Shown here: positions 9,801 to 19,103 of the stretch, one piece after another
How positions within the stretch are numbered: the first letter of the stretch is position 1
Layout of the letters: the number at the start of each line of letters is the position of its first letter
Assembly (NCBI GenBank): GCA_050115495.1
Contig: JASFQK010000019.1
Span: 1 to 64,000, forward strand
Direction of reading: 5' to 3'
DNA: 64,000 nucleotides
From: Phycisphaerae bacterium
Lineage (GTDB): Bacteria; Planctomycetota; Phycisphaerae; UBA1845; Fen-1342
Notes under the pieces: generated by a model
Told to the model about the DNA's origin: nothing
The model's database searches: none
The model's input: the letters and a program-made list of their open reading frames with translations, nothing else
Translations under genes and position numbers: made by a program

Positions 9801-9923
9801 ACCGAGGCGGAGTTCGTGGCCCAGTACCCGACGGGCCAGTACTGGGCGGCCGACGTCACCGGAGACGCCCAGGTGAACAACTTCGACATCGCCCCGTTCG
9901 TGGAGCTGCTGACCGGCGGCTAA
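6807..9923 (+). CDS. Secreted C25-family cysteine peptidase with InlB-B-like repeat, DCNxNG Ca-binding repeats, PA14 domain and dockerin-like tail
   Basis: Paralog of 4289-6526 (NHIDHS, IGCWAC, LLGDP). GWVFSHWSG repeat, DCNNNGVPD repeats, PA14 motifs FSIRWTG / DDGVRLW / MEYYENGG, and NNFDI twice. Confidence 0.9.
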   Translation: MSPRLWNGARLFCAPALVACTWLACAFVPAALADEVSYTAQFSMQDLRSEQQQGYDVVHLADGGIWSEPGQPMLPNRTLRIALPAGMRATGLRVVSSESVLLPGEYDIYPAQPPQRISAPPIDFVPPDATAYSSTEAYPGVLAELMEQTDLAGQSMALVRFSPVQYVPATGELTLCTSIEVVIEGEPGYVCGDYLSPMMTDAEQADRLAEVREMVANPGAVLLQESPFAPTGRGVDSGDYDYVIITQNSWVDDFQPLADWKTKKGVNATIVSTEWIYAEYSGNSNTSKIQSFVYDAAANWGALYFLLGGDTNIVPCGTVNVGGDDIPNDTCYGDYDNDYTCEVYVGRAAVRNTSAIGTFINKAMTYEKAPPLTNYPETAAFLGFDLNTYGSDEGESCKVAIRSASIPSAWTYRSEYDSESGGHLSDCIAYLNLGNNLVNHIDHSSTDYMGMGYTNHNTGVSGADMSGLTNGERQSILYSIGCWACDYNAGTCIAEAFVQNANGGGVGFVGNSRYGWYSPGSGDYYSLRYDRYFFRSLFNQTKYRLGEAFSDHKNDAYQSDETYRYVFEELTLLGDPELCVWTTAPQPLEIDFPDTVPSGPSTFQVYVTSNGTPITAARVCLWKAGDVYAVWATSTDGYASFDISPFSGGSLYVTATRRNYVPAEGEALVDGVASYLLTASTIGHGNVTLNPPGGIYLEDTTVELTADADDGWVFSHWSGSLDGSDNPESILMDANKAVTAVFFPENDCNNNGVPDEDDIADGTSYDCDGNGVPDECDVAGGANDCNGNGVPDACELGTVNGLAGAYYDGMGFTGELQGRVDPVINFNWGNGEPWAGLGADTFSIRWTGWVSTPAVAGTYTFYTYTDDGVRLWVAGQQIINRWVDQSPREWSGTIALEAEQDYPLVMEYYENGGGAVAALRWRPPGMTKVAIPSANLLAGRDCNGNGVPDTCDIANGMPDDDGNGIPDVCEQGFVPGDVNGDLIVNNFDIAVFVFAVTHTEAEFVAQYPTGQYWAADVTGDAQVNNFDIAPFVELLTGG

Positions 9924-9952
9924 GCTCGCCGGCCGGTGTTGAACGCTGAACC

Positions 9953-10014
9953 GCGACCCCGGGTCGAGCGGCCGACTGCCCAGCGGCAGGTTGCTCGCCC
10001 CGGGGTCGCTCTTT
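9953..10014 (+). terminator. Long GC-rich hairpin downstream of the C25 gene pair (possible terminator)
   Basis: GCGACCCCGGG...CCCGGGGTCGC followed by TCTTT. The U-tract is short. Confidence 0.4.
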
Positions 10015-10296
10015 GAGGGGGGCCCGGGGGGGGCCGAGCCGCCGGCGGCCAAGGCGGTCCCCCTGTCGGCGGACCGATTGACGCGGAGTCGATCTTCGGG
10101 GATACTCAGGCTTTGGGCGTGAGCCGGTTCACGCCTCGCCAACGCGGGCTACGCAGGGCACGAAGGGCCGACCTAACGAGACGGCCGACGCTCCGCCAAC
10201 GGAACGCTCCTCATGTGGCTTCCCCCCTTCCCCCCCCGCTTGGATAACCATGTCTAGGCTCTCGGAACGGAGCCCGTAGCTACTGCGGAGAAAATC

Positions 10297-10623
<327 letters not shown>

Positions 10624-10768
10624 GCGGTCAGCCTCCCGCCGGCGAAACGGCGGCGGGTAAGGTCCGAGAATACACGCCTACCCCGGCGGGTACGGTCCTC
10701 GTTCAGGGTCGCCTGGCGCGGTCCCGATAGGACGGGAAGAATTAGCCTGTCCATTTTTCGGGCGTGCC

Positions 10769-12454
10769 GTGACCGAACCCGTGGATCGTAAGATCGTCGA
10801 CCTCGTCGAGTTGCTCCAGCGGGCGGCGTCTGCGCGCAAAGCGGGCCGCCGGCTGGTGCACTGCCACGGCTGCTTCGACTTGGTTCATCCGGGGCATATT
10901 CGCTATTTGCGCTTCGCCCGGGAGCTGGGCGACGTGCTCGTGGTCTCGGTGACCAGCGACAACGCGGTCAACAAGGGTCCTGATCGGCCACATATCCCGC
11001 AGGAATTGCGCGCCGAGAGCCTGGCCGCGCTGGAATTCGTGGACTGGGTCCTGATCGACCCGCATCCCACCGCCGCCGAGCTGTTGACCGCTCTGCGCCC
11101 GGACGTGTACGTGAAGGGGCGCGAGTACGCCCAGATGGAGGACCCGCGGTTCTTGCGCGAACGCGAGATCGTGGAGCGGTATGGCGGGCGGGTCGTGTTT
11201 CACAGCGGCGACGTCGTGTTCAGCTCGACGCGGCTGGTCCGCAGCCTGGAGCACGACGAGGATCTGGACGAATGCCGGCTGCGGACGCTGTGCAGCCGGG
11301 GGAATATCGACCTGGAGTCGGCCCGCGCGGCGCTGGCCCGGCTGGCCCGGGTGCGGGTGGCGGTCGTCGGTGACCTGATCCGCGAGCGGTACATCTCGTG
11401 CGATGCCAGCGAGGCGGCGGAAGACGCCCCGGTGCTGTCGTTGCAGCAGTTGGGCGCGACGTCGTATTGGGGCGGGGCGGCGGCGATGGCGCTTCAGATG
11501 CGGGCGCTGGGGGCCAGTGCGACACTGATCGCCTCGGGCGTGGAGGGTGAGCAGACGGCGGCCGACACCGCCGCCCTGAACGAGAACGACATCGAGACGC
11601 ACCTGCTGCCGGTTCGCCGGGAGCCGGTCGAGCACCGGACGTTCGTGGCCGACGATGCGAAGCTGTTCCAGCTTTCTGATGGCGTAGGGCATCCGCTGGA
11701 CAGTACGTGGGAGCGGCACGCGCACGCGCTGCTGGTCGATCAGCTCGCCCAGGTGGACCTGCTGGTCTGGTGCGATCACGGGTACGGGATGGTAACGCCG
11801 GGGCTGGTGCGGCGGGTGACGCCGGCGGCACGACGGGCGGGCGTGATGGTGGCGGGTTGTGCACCCGGGCGGCGCGGCGACATCCGCGTGCTCGAAGACA
11901 CGGATTTGCTGGCGGTGACCGAACGGCGACTGCGCGAGGCCATGCACGACATGGGCTCGGGGCTGCCGTCGGTGACGTGGAACCTGCTGAACAACACGCG
12001 CGGCCGGCGGGCGCTGGTCGGACTGCACAAGCGGGGGCTGATCGGCTTCGACGGTCACAGCGAGCAGATGGGTAACCTGGCCGCAGGCACGGTACGAAAC
12101 CCGGTGCCGAGCCGGCTGCGAAGTGAGTTTGTGCCGGCGCTGACGCACCATTGCGTGGACCTGCTCGGGGCGGAAGAGGCGGCGCTGGCGGTCGTGGCCC
12201 TGACGCTGGTGACGGGTGGCACGCTGGCCATGGGGACGTACATCGCCGCGGGTGCCGAGGCGCTCGCCGCCGGTCGCGCGGGGCGGACGACCGTGCAGGG
12301 GCCGGCGCTGCGGGCGTGGATGGACACGCGGCCGGAGCTACGGCCACAGAGCCGGTTCCTTCCCGACGCGGCCACCATCGCCGACATCGCCCTGCTGGCT
12401 CCGCCGCTGCCGCAACCCGAAGAGTGTCTCGAAGAAGCCGCGACGGACAGTTAG
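10769..12454 (+). CDS. Cytidylyl/adenylyltransferase fused to a PfkB-type kinase domain (HldE/RfaE-like, reversed domain order)
   Basis: HGCFDLVHPGH (HxGH), LRPDVYVKGREY, FSSTRL. C-terminal PfkB-like region (VVGDLI, GGAA) with degenerate motifs. Confidence 0.85.
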   Translation: MTEPVDRKIVDLVELLQRAASARKAGRRLVHCHGCFDLVHPGHIRYLRFARELGDVLVVSVTSDNAVNKGPDRPHIPQELRAESLAALEFVDWVLIDPHPTAAELLTALRPDVYVKGREYAQMEDPRFLREREIVERYGGRVVFHSGDVVFSSTRLVRSLEHDEDLDECRLRTLCSRGNIDLESARAALARLARVRVAVVGDLIRERYISCDASEAAEDAPVLSLQQLGATSYWGGAAAMALQMRALGASATLIASGVEGEQTAADTAALNENDIETHLLPVRREPVEHRTFVADDAKLFQLSDGVGHPLDSTWERHAHALLVDQLAQVDLLVWCDHGYGMVTPGLVRRVTPAARRAGVMVAGCAPGRRGDIRVLEDTDLLAVTERRLREAMHDMGSGLPSVTWNLLNNTRGRRALVGLHKRGLIGFDGHSEQMGNLAAGTVRNPVPSRLRSEFVPALTHHCVDLLGAEEAALAVVALTLVTGGTLAMGTYIAAGAEALAAGRAGRTTVQGPALRAWMDTRPELRPQSRFLPDAATIADIALLAPPLPQPEECLEEAATDS

Positions 12455-12474
12455 CCGCGGGGGCACACGAGACC

Positions 12475-13683
12475 ATGAAGGCGACACCGCTCGTCAGCAT
12501 TGTGATGGCCACGTACAACCGGCGGGAGGTGGTGCGGCATACGCTGGACCAGATCGCCGACTGCGGGCTGGGCGAGGGGGAATACGAGGTGATCGCCGCC
12601 GACAATGCGTCGACCGACGGGACGCCGGAGGTGTTCGCGGGGCGGCCGCATGTGCGCGTGCTGCGGCTGGATGAGAACCTGGGGTCGTGCGCGAAGGCGC
12701 TGGCGGTCGAGCAGGCGCGGGGGGAGCTGATCCTGTTCCTGGACGACGATTCGTATCCGCGGCCGGGTTGCCTGGCGCGGATGCAGGCGCACTTCGCAGC
12801 CGACGCGCGGCTGGGGGCGGCTGGTTTCACCGTGCACCTGGCGGACGGACGGCAGGAGTGCAGTGCGCTGCCGCACGTGTTCGTCGGCTGCGGCGTCGGG
12901 CTGCGGGCCCGGGCGCTGCGCGAGGTGGGCGGGCTGGACCGGTCGTTCTTCATGCAGGCCGAGGAATACGACCTGAGTCTGCGGCTGCTCCAGGCGGGGT
13001 GGAGAGTTGAGGTGCTGGGCGATTTGCAGGTCGAGCACGGAAAATCGCCGGTGGCGCGGCGGTCGGAGCGGACGACGTTCTACGATGTGTGCAACAACCT
13101 GCGGGTGATCGGGCGGTACCTGCCGCCGGCCGTGGCGCGGGCGTATCGGCACGACTGGCTGCGGCGGTACGGCTGGCTGGCGGAGCAGGCGGGGCACGGC
13201 GAGGCGTTCGCGGCGGGGATCGCGGCCGGCCGGCAGCGGATGCTGGCCGACCGGCGGGCGGGACTGCGACGGCAGTTGTTGCCGGACGTGCTGGAGGACG
13301 TGTTCTGCTGGTCGCGGATCGAGGGGCGAATGCGCGAACTGCGGCGGGAGGGCGTGCGGAGGATTGTGCTGGCCGACATGGGGAAGAATGTGTATGCGTT
13401 CTGGCGCGGGGCACAGCGGGCGGGGCTGAACGTGCTGGCCGTGGCCGATGATCGGCTAGCGGCACCGGGCCGGATATACCGCGACGCAGCCGTGATGAGC
13501 AGCGAAGCGGCGGAGGCACTGGGGGCCGAGGCGTGGGTGGTGAGCAACACGTCGTACGTGCATGCCCGCCGACGGGAGCGGGAGTTGGCGGCGTGGGTGT
13601 CGGTGCCGGTGCACAATTGGTTTTCGCCGCCAACGGGGGCGGAGGTCGAGGCGGTTGGCGAGGTGGTGACCACGGGGCGGTAG
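12475..13683 (+). CDS. Glycosyltransferase family 2
   Basis: VSIVMATYNR, DNASTDGT, LFLDDD, GGLDRSFFMQAEEYDL. Confidence 0.9.
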   Translation: MKATPLVSIVMATYNRREVVRHTLDQIADCGLGEGEYEVIAADNASTDGTPEVFAGRPHVRVLRLDENLGSCAKALAVEQARGELILFLDDDSYPRPGCLARMQAHFAADARLGAAGFTVHLADGRQECSALPHVFVGCGVGLRARALREVGGLDRSFFMQAEEYDLSLRLLQAGWRVEVLGDLQVEHGKSPVARRSERTTFYDVCNNLRVIGRYLPPAVARAYRHDWLRRYGWLAEQAGHGEAFAAGIAAGRQRMLADRRAGLRRQLLPDVLEDVFCWSRIEGRMRELRREGVRRIVLADMGKNVYAFWRGAQRAGLNVLAVADDRLAAPGRIYRDAAVMSSEAAEALGAEAWVVSNTSYVHARRRERELAAWVSVPVHNWFSPPTGAEVEAVGEVVTTGR

Positions 13684-13778
13684 GTGCGGGCGGGGTTGGG
13701 GGATTTCGTAAGTTCGTTATCGGGAAGTGGTTGCGCGCTGGCGTGGGGTCGCACGCGGGCCGGAGGCGTGTTTCAATC

Positions 13779-13836
13779 GACGTCGGCCACGGGGGGCCGA
13801 CGCTACATGCCGGCGCCTTCGGCTTCGGCATGCCAC
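13779..13836. repeat. REP-like palindromes
   Basis: GACGTCGGCCACGGGGGGCCGACGCTAC plus ATGCCGGCGCCTTCGGCTTCGGCATGCCAC, near-identical to 871-898 and 944-973. Confidence 0.8.
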
Positions 13837-13994
13837 ACCGCCGGGACGGGCGCTTGGCCGAGGGGGCGGGTGGTTCTATACTGGGAGCCGTTCCAAACGA
13901 GTTGCAGCAAACGGGCGACGGCGACACGGCGGGCAGCAGCGTTATTGCCGAAATCGGTGATGCGGAACGCGGCCACACGGGCAGGAGTACTCGC

Positions 13995-14891
13995 ATGGGC
14001 ATCACACTGGCGTGCATCGGGGGACGGGCAGCGTACAACCTGGTGACGCGAGGGGCGTTCGTCGGCGAACGTCTCGGTCCGCGCGAGACACCGTACGGTG
14101 AGTCGCAGCCCATCTACCGCTGCCGCTCGGAGGCGGGCGAGTTCCTGCTCGTCTGCCGCCACGGTGAGGCCGGCTACGAGGTCGCCCCGGGCCACATCAA
14201 CTACCAGGCCAATATCTACGCCCTCAAGGACCTCGACGTCCAGGCGATCATCTCGTGGAGCGAGACGCGGGCCATCAGCCGCAACCTCACGATCGGGCAA
14301 TACGTCATCGTCGACGACCTCATCGACGAGACGGTCTCCCGTCCCCGCTCGTTCTTCGACAACAAAGAGCTGGGCCACATCCGCAACTGGCCGGTCTTCT
14401 GCCCGACCTTGCGGCGGGCTTTCACCGCGGCGCTGACCGAAGAAGGCTGTAAGTTCGTCGATCGCGGCATCTACATCTGCATCGAGGGTCCGCGGCAGGA
14501 GACACCGGCCGAGGCGCGGAAGTACGCCAGCTACGGCGGCGACCTGATCGGCCAGACGCTGGCGCCCGAGGTGTTCCTGGCCCGCGAGCTGCAAATGAGC
14601 TACGCCAGCCTGTGCTTCGTCGCCTGCTACGCCGAGACCGGCACCCCCTACCTGGCTTTCGAGTCCGGCCGGGTGATGAGTGAATCCATGCTGCTCAAGC
14701 GAGCCGAGGCCGCGGTCGAGCCGCTGCCGGCGATCATCCATCGCGTGCACGAGACGCTGCACCGCCAGCCGGACCTGATCGCGAGCGAAGGCACGCTCCA
14801 GATCCCGCCGCCGCACGACGGCCGCAACGGCAACTGGCGCGAGTGGTTCGAGAACGGTTCATCCCCCCAGAACAGTGCAGCCTCGGCATGA
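13995..14891 (+). CDS. MTAP/purine nucleoside phosphorylase family protein (divergent)
   Basis: AGGAG RBS. ETPYG, RHG, INYQANIYALK, FCPTLR, YICIEGPRQETPAE, PEVFLARE. Confidence 0.85.
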   Translation: MGITLACIGGRAAYNLVTRGAFVGERLGPRETPYGESQPIYRCRSEAGEFLLVCRHGEAGYEVAPGHINYQANIYALKDLDVQAIISWSETRAISRNLTIGQYVIVDDLIDETVSRPRSFFDNKELGHIRNWPVFCPTLRRAFTAALTEEGCKFVDRGIYICIEGPRQETPAEARKYASYGGDLIGQTLAPEVFLARELQMSYASLCFVACYAETGTPYLAFESGRVMSESMLLKRAEAAVEPLPAIIHRVHETLHRQPDLIASEGTLQIPPPHDGRNGNWREWFENGSSPQNSAASA

Positions 14892-16132
14892 TCCTGAAAG
14901 CAGCCTGGGTGTTGCCGATCGGCGCGCCGCCGATTGCGGACGGCTACGTCGAAATCGAGGGCGACTGCATCCGCGCGGTCGGGGCGCAGCGTGAGCTGCC
15001 GCCGGCGGCGGCACAGAGCGCGGAGGATCTCGGCCAGGCGGTTTTGATGCCGGGGCTGGTGAATCCGCACACGCACCTGGAGCTGACGGCGTACGCGGGG
15101 CAACTTCCGCCGGAGCCGTTCTGGTCGTGGATCGGGCGGCTGATCGTGCTGCGGCGACAGCCCGGGCGCGTCGAGCGGGAGCGTCAGGGCGTGCGCGATG
15201 GGGCGTGGCAGTCGCTGCGGGCGGGAGTGACGTGCCTGGCGGACATCTCGCGGGAGAACGTCTCCTGGGACGTGCTCAAGGGAATTCCGCTCCGCAAAGT
15301 CTGCTTTGTCGAACTGCTCAGTCTCGCTGATCTGCCGCCGCGAAACACGGACGAATTGCGGGCGGCGGCCGAGGCGGTCGAAGAAGACGAGCTGCTGACG
15401 GTGGGGATCACGCCGCACGCGCCGTACACGGTGCCCGAGCATGAGATTCGGGCGGCGGTGGCCCTGGCGGCGGAGCTCGATCGGCCGTGGACGACGCACT
15501 GGGCGGAGACGACGGAAGAAGTCCGGTTTTTGGGCGGGGAGAAAAAGGCGCTGCCGGAGCTGCTGTGGGCGCTGATCGAGCAGTGTGAGATTCGCGCCCC
15601 CGGTCTGCCGCCGATGGAGTACCTGGCCCGCTGCACGGACGGCCTGCCGGCTGGTTCACTGGCGCACGTGAACTACGTGGACGACTGGGATATCGCCCAA
15701 CTGGCGGAGCTGGGTCACACGGCGATCTACTGCCCACGGGCGCACCGCTTTTTCGGGCACCAACCGCATCCGTTCGCGCGGCTGCGGGCGGCGGGCGTAT
15801 CGGTCGTGCTGGGTACGGACAGCCCCGCCGGCAACGAAGACCTGACCATACTCGGGGAGTTGCGGCACGTTCGCCGGCATGTGCCGGGGGCGCCGTCGGC
15901 GGCGGAACTGCTGGACATGGCGACGCGGCAGGCGGCGAAGGTGCTGCGGCTGGAGGAGCGCATCGGCACGCTCACGCCCGGCAAGCAAGCCGACTTGGCG
16001 GCGTTCCCGATCGCAGCCAGTGTCGTCGATCCGGCGGCAGAGCTGATCGAGCAGGCGCCGGCGGCGATGGGCGTGTGGGTCGCTGGGCGACGGGTCATCG
16101 AGGCGGCGACGCCGGCGGTGGACCGGGAGTAG
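14888..16132 (+). CDS. Metal-dependent amidohydrolase (nucleoside deaminase type; MtaD/aminofutalosine deaminase-like)
   Basis: ATGA overlap with the upstream gene. PGLVNPHTHLE, PHAPYT, THWAET, AHVN, LGTDS, GTLTPGKQADL. Confidence 0.85.
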   Translation: MILKAAWVLPIGAPPIADGYVEIEGDCIRAVGAQRELPPAAAQSAEDLGQAVLMPGLVNPHTHLELTAYAGQLPPEPFWSWIGRLIVLRRQPGRVERERQGVRDGAWQSLRAGVTCLADISRENVSWDVLKGIPLRKVCFVELLSLADLPPRNTDELRAAAEAVEEDELLTVGITPHAPYTVPEHEIRAAVALAAELDRPWTTHWAETTEEVRFLGGEKKALPELLWALIEQCEIRAPGLPPMEYLARCTDGLPAGSLAHVNYVDDWDIAQLAELGHTAIYCPRAHRFFGHQPHPFARLRAAGVSVVLGTDSPAGNEDLTILGELRHVRRHVPGAPSAAELLDMATRQAAKVLRLEERIGTLTPGKQADLAAFPIAASVVDPAAELIEQAPAAMGVWVAGRRVIEAATPAVDRE

Positions 16133-16151
16133 CACGCGAGTCGGGGGTCGT

Positions 16152-16964
16152 TCACCGCGGTCGAACGCCGACGAGCACGTCGAGCAGCGAGGGAAAGACG
16201 GTCACCACGCCGCAGAGGATGCGGACGGTCGTACTGGTCCAGACCTCGACCTTCGGACGGCGCAGGCAGGCGATGATGGCGCGGGCGACTTGCTCGGGCG
16301 TCTGACGGAAGAACCGAGGCACGCGATGGGCCGGGCCGGCCTCGCTGGCAGGTCGGCCGCTGAGCTCGGCAGCGACGTCGAAGAACTCGGTCGTCGTCGT
16401 GATGGGGTGGACGGACGATACGTCGATGCCGTGGCGGCGCAGCTCCATGTGCATGGCGCGGCAGACGTGGTTCTGCGCGGCCTTGGTCGATGAATACGCG
16501 GCGAACTCGGGCAGTGTGAACTTCGAGATGGAGCTCGAAGTCATCAGCAGGTGCCCGCGGCGACGCTCGGCCAGCAGCCGCCGGGCGGCTTCACGCAGCA
16601 GCGCTGTGGCGGAGAAGAAGTTAACGTCGAAGATTCGGCGGAGGTCCGCCTCGGCCAATTCGTGGATCGGCCGGCTCAGACCGTAGCCGGCATTGGCCAG
16701 GACAATATCGAAGCGGCCGAAGCGGGCCTGGGCGGCGTCAAGCAAGCGCTCGGACAGGCCCGGCTCGGTCACGTCGCCGACGACGAGCTCGACCGGCCGA
16801 CCGCGCTGGGCGACCTGGTCGGCGACGGCCCGCAAGCGGTCTTCGCGGCGGGCGTTGAGAACGAGATTCAGGCCTTCGTCCGCGCAGGCGAGGGCCGTGG
16901 CGGCACCGATGCCGGCGCTGGCGCCGGTAATGATGATCGTTTTATCCTTAATCTGGCGTCGCAT
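16152..16964 (-). CDS. Short-chain dehydrogenase/reductase
   Basis: TGASAGIG, NAG, YSSTK (YxxxK). Confidence 0.93.
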   Translation of the reverse strand: MRRQIKDKTIIITGASAGIGAATALACADEGLNLVLNARREDRLRAVADQVAQRGRPVELVVGDVTEPGLSERLLDAAQARFGRFDIVLANAGYGLSRPIHELAEADLRRIFDVNFFSATALLREAARRLLAERRRGHLLMTSSSISKFTLPEFAAYSSTKAAQNHVCRAMHMELRRHGIDVSSVHPITTTTEFFDVAAELSGRPASEAGPAHRVPRFFRQTPEQVARAIIACLRRPKVEVWTSTTVRILCGVVTVFPSLLDVLVGVRPR

Positions 16965-17197
16965 GGTCGGAGCAGCCTACCGGTGGGCGGCGGTGCGTTC
17001 CAGAGGTGGGCGGGTCGGGACCCGCGCGGCGAGCGGTTTGCCGGCGAAACGGCGATGATCGCGCATGGCACGAAACGGCGGGTAGAACGGCAGAACCCCG
17101 ACGTGGGGCAGCTTGATTTTGATGGGGGCATATGGCACGATGGCGTGGTTCGAGACCGGCTCGGCCGACACCCGCCGAGCGGTGCCGTGGTTGATGC

Positions 17198-17281
17198 GCC
17201 GAAGTGGCGGAACTGGCAGACGCGCGGGATTCAAAATCCCGTCCTGGCAACAGGGTGTGGGTTCGAGTCCCACCTTCGGCA
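17198..17281 (+). tRNA. tRNA-Leu (anticodon CAA)
   Basis: Acceptor GCCGAAG/CTTCGGC, anticodon arm CGGGA-TTCAAAA-TCCCG, long variable arm, T-loop GTTCGAGTC, discriminator A. CCA is not encoded. Confidence 0.95.
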
Positions 17282-17468
17282 ATCCGGCAGACGGGGGCGT
17301 CGTGAACATCGCACAGCCGACGCAGGCGGCAGCGTCCGCCGCGGATCGGCCGCTGTGCGGGGCCGGGCCGGCGGGGGTATACTGCTGAGTTCCGTAGCGG
17401 CCGCGGGTGCGGGCTGCGGTGAGATGACGCGCACGATGCGTCCAGGCTACAAGCGGAGGTTAGTCGTC

Positions 17469-19019
17469 ATGTTGATGCCCTATCGTCCCGAACCCTATGT
17501 GAACTTCGCCGAGGCCGAGCCGCGGAGCCGGATGCTCGCCGCCCTGAAGACGGTGCGCGGGCAGTTGGGCGCTTCGTACCCGCTGCGTATCGGCGACAGG
17601 AAGATCGATACGGACAAGAAGATCAACTCGATCATGCCCGGGAACTCGGCGACGGTGGTCGGCCACGTGGCGAAGGCCACTCGCGATCACGCCGAGCAGG
17701 CCATGCAGGCGGCGACGGCGGCGTTCAAGACGTGGAGCCGGGTCGATCCGGAGACGCGGGCCCGCGTGCTGTTCAAGGCGGCGGCGATCATGCGGCGGCG
17801 GCTGTACGAATTGTCGGCCTGGGAGTGCTTCGAAGAGTCGAAGGGCTGGCTCGAAGCGTACGCCGACGTGTGCGAGGCGATCGACTTCCTCGAGTTCTAC
17901 GGGCGGGAGATGATCCGGCTCGGTGGGCCGCAAGCGGTCACGCCGTTCCCGGGCGAGGACAACGAGCTGCGCTACATGCCGCTGGGCGTGGGCGTGGTCA
18001 TTCCGCCGTGGAACTTCCCGCTGGCCATCACCTGCGGCATGAGCAGCGCGACGATCGCCACGGGGAACACGTGCATCCTGAAGCCGGCGAGCACGGCGCC
18101 GGTCATCGCGGCGATCATGTGCCAGATCTTCGAAGAGGCCGGGCTGCCGCCGGGCGTGCTGAACTTCCTGCCGGGCTCGGGGGCGGAGATCGGCGACTTC
18201 TTGGTCGAGCATCCACAGACGCGGTTCGTGGCGTTCACCGGCTCGATGGAGGTCGGGCTGGGGATCTACCAGAAGTGCGGCAAGGTGAGCAAGGGCCAGA
18301 TCTGGCTGAAGCGGGCCATCCTGGAGATGGGCGGCAAGGATTGCATTGTCGTCGACGAGACGGCCAACGTGGACGATGCGGCGGAAGGGATCGTCGCCGC
18401 GGCGTTCGGCTTCCAGGGACAGAAGTGCTCGGCGTGCTCGCGGGCGATCATCCACCAGGACGTGTACGACGCCGTGGTGGAGAAGGTCGTCGAGCGGGCC
18501 CGCAGGCTGACCGTGGGCGATACGACCGGCGAAGAGAACCTCTTCATGGGCGCCGTCATCGACGAGGCGTCGTACAAGAAGATCAACGACTACATCGCGC
18601 TCGGCAGGAAGGAAGGGCGGGCGGTGCTGGTGGACACGAAGGTGCCCGCGGGCGGGTACTTCGTGCCGCCGACGGTCATCGCCGACGTCGACCGCAACGC
18701 CCGGCTGGCGCAGGAGGAGATCTTCGGGCCGGTGCTGGCGATCATCAAGGCCAAGGACTTCGACGACGGGCTGGAGATCGCCAACGGGACGATCTACGGG
18801 CTGACCGGGGCGCTGTACTCGAACGATCGCCTGCGGCTGGAGCGGGCGCGGCACGAGTTCCACGTCGGCAACCTGTACTTCAATCGCAAGTGCACGGGCG
18901 CGCTCGTGGACGTGCAGCCGTTTGGCGGATTCAACATGTCCGGAACCGACAGCAAGGCCGGCGGTCGCGACTACCTGTTGCTTTTCATGCAGGGCAAGGC
19001 CATCGCCGAGCGGTTCTAG
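17469..19019 (+). CDS. pruA: L-glutamate gamma-semialdehyde (P5C) dehydrogenase
   Basis: GGAGG RBS. EAIDFLEFY, PPWNFPLA, FTGS, LEMGGK, FGFQGQKCSACSR, EEIFGP, GNLYFNRKCTGA, QPFGGFNMSGTDSKAGG. Confidence 0.93.
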   Translation: MLMPYRPEPYVNFAEAEPRSRMLAALKTVRGQLGASYPLRIGDRKIDTDKKINSIMPGNSATVVGHVAKATRDHAEQAMQAATAAFKTWSRVDPETRARVLFKAAAIMRRRLYELSAWECFEESKGWLEAYADVCEAIDFLEFYGREMIRLGGPQAVTPFPGEDNELRYMPLGVGVVIPPWNFPLAITCGMSSATIATGNTCILKPASTAPVIAAIMCQIFEEAGLPPGVLNFLPGSGAEIGDFLVEHPQTRFVAFTGSMEVGLGIYQKCGKVSKGQIWLKRAILEMGGKDCIVVDETANVDDAAEGIVAAAFGFQGQKCSACSRAIIHQDVYDAVVEKVVERARRLTVGDTTGEENLFMGAVIDEASYKKINDYIALGRKEGRAVLVDTKVPAGGYFVPPTVIADVDRNARLAQEEIFGPVLAIIKAKDFDDGLEIANGTIYGLTGALYSNDRLRLERARHEFHVGNLYFNRKCTGALVDVQPFGGFNMSGTDSKAGGRDYLLLFMQGKAIAERF

Positions 19020-19068
19020 CGAGGCGGCGCCGATCGGGCGCGGCGAATGCGTGATTTTGTGAAGCGAG

Positions 19069-19103
19069 AGGTGCCGGCAGGCGGCTGCTGGCACCTTCTT
19101 TTT
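19069..19103 (+). terminator. Intrinsic terminator after pruA
   Basis: AGGTGCCGGCAG-GCGG-CTGCTGGCACCT followed by TCTTTTT. Confidence 0.8.

Noticed and set aside
10080..10296. Long GC-rich leader before the Zn-ribbon gene as a riboswitch
   Set aside because: No recognisable aptamer consensus or expression platform by eye. An Rfam scan would be needed.
17198..17281. tRNA-Leu as an integration site
   Set aside because: No integrase nearby and no duplicated tRNA 3' end noticed. Flanking genes are housekeeping.
16551..17468. 822-aa ORF suggesting an N-terminally extended PutA-like fusion
   Set aside because: The extension overlaps the SDR gene and tRNA-Leu. An RBS supports the start at 17469, and there is no proline dehydrogenase domain.
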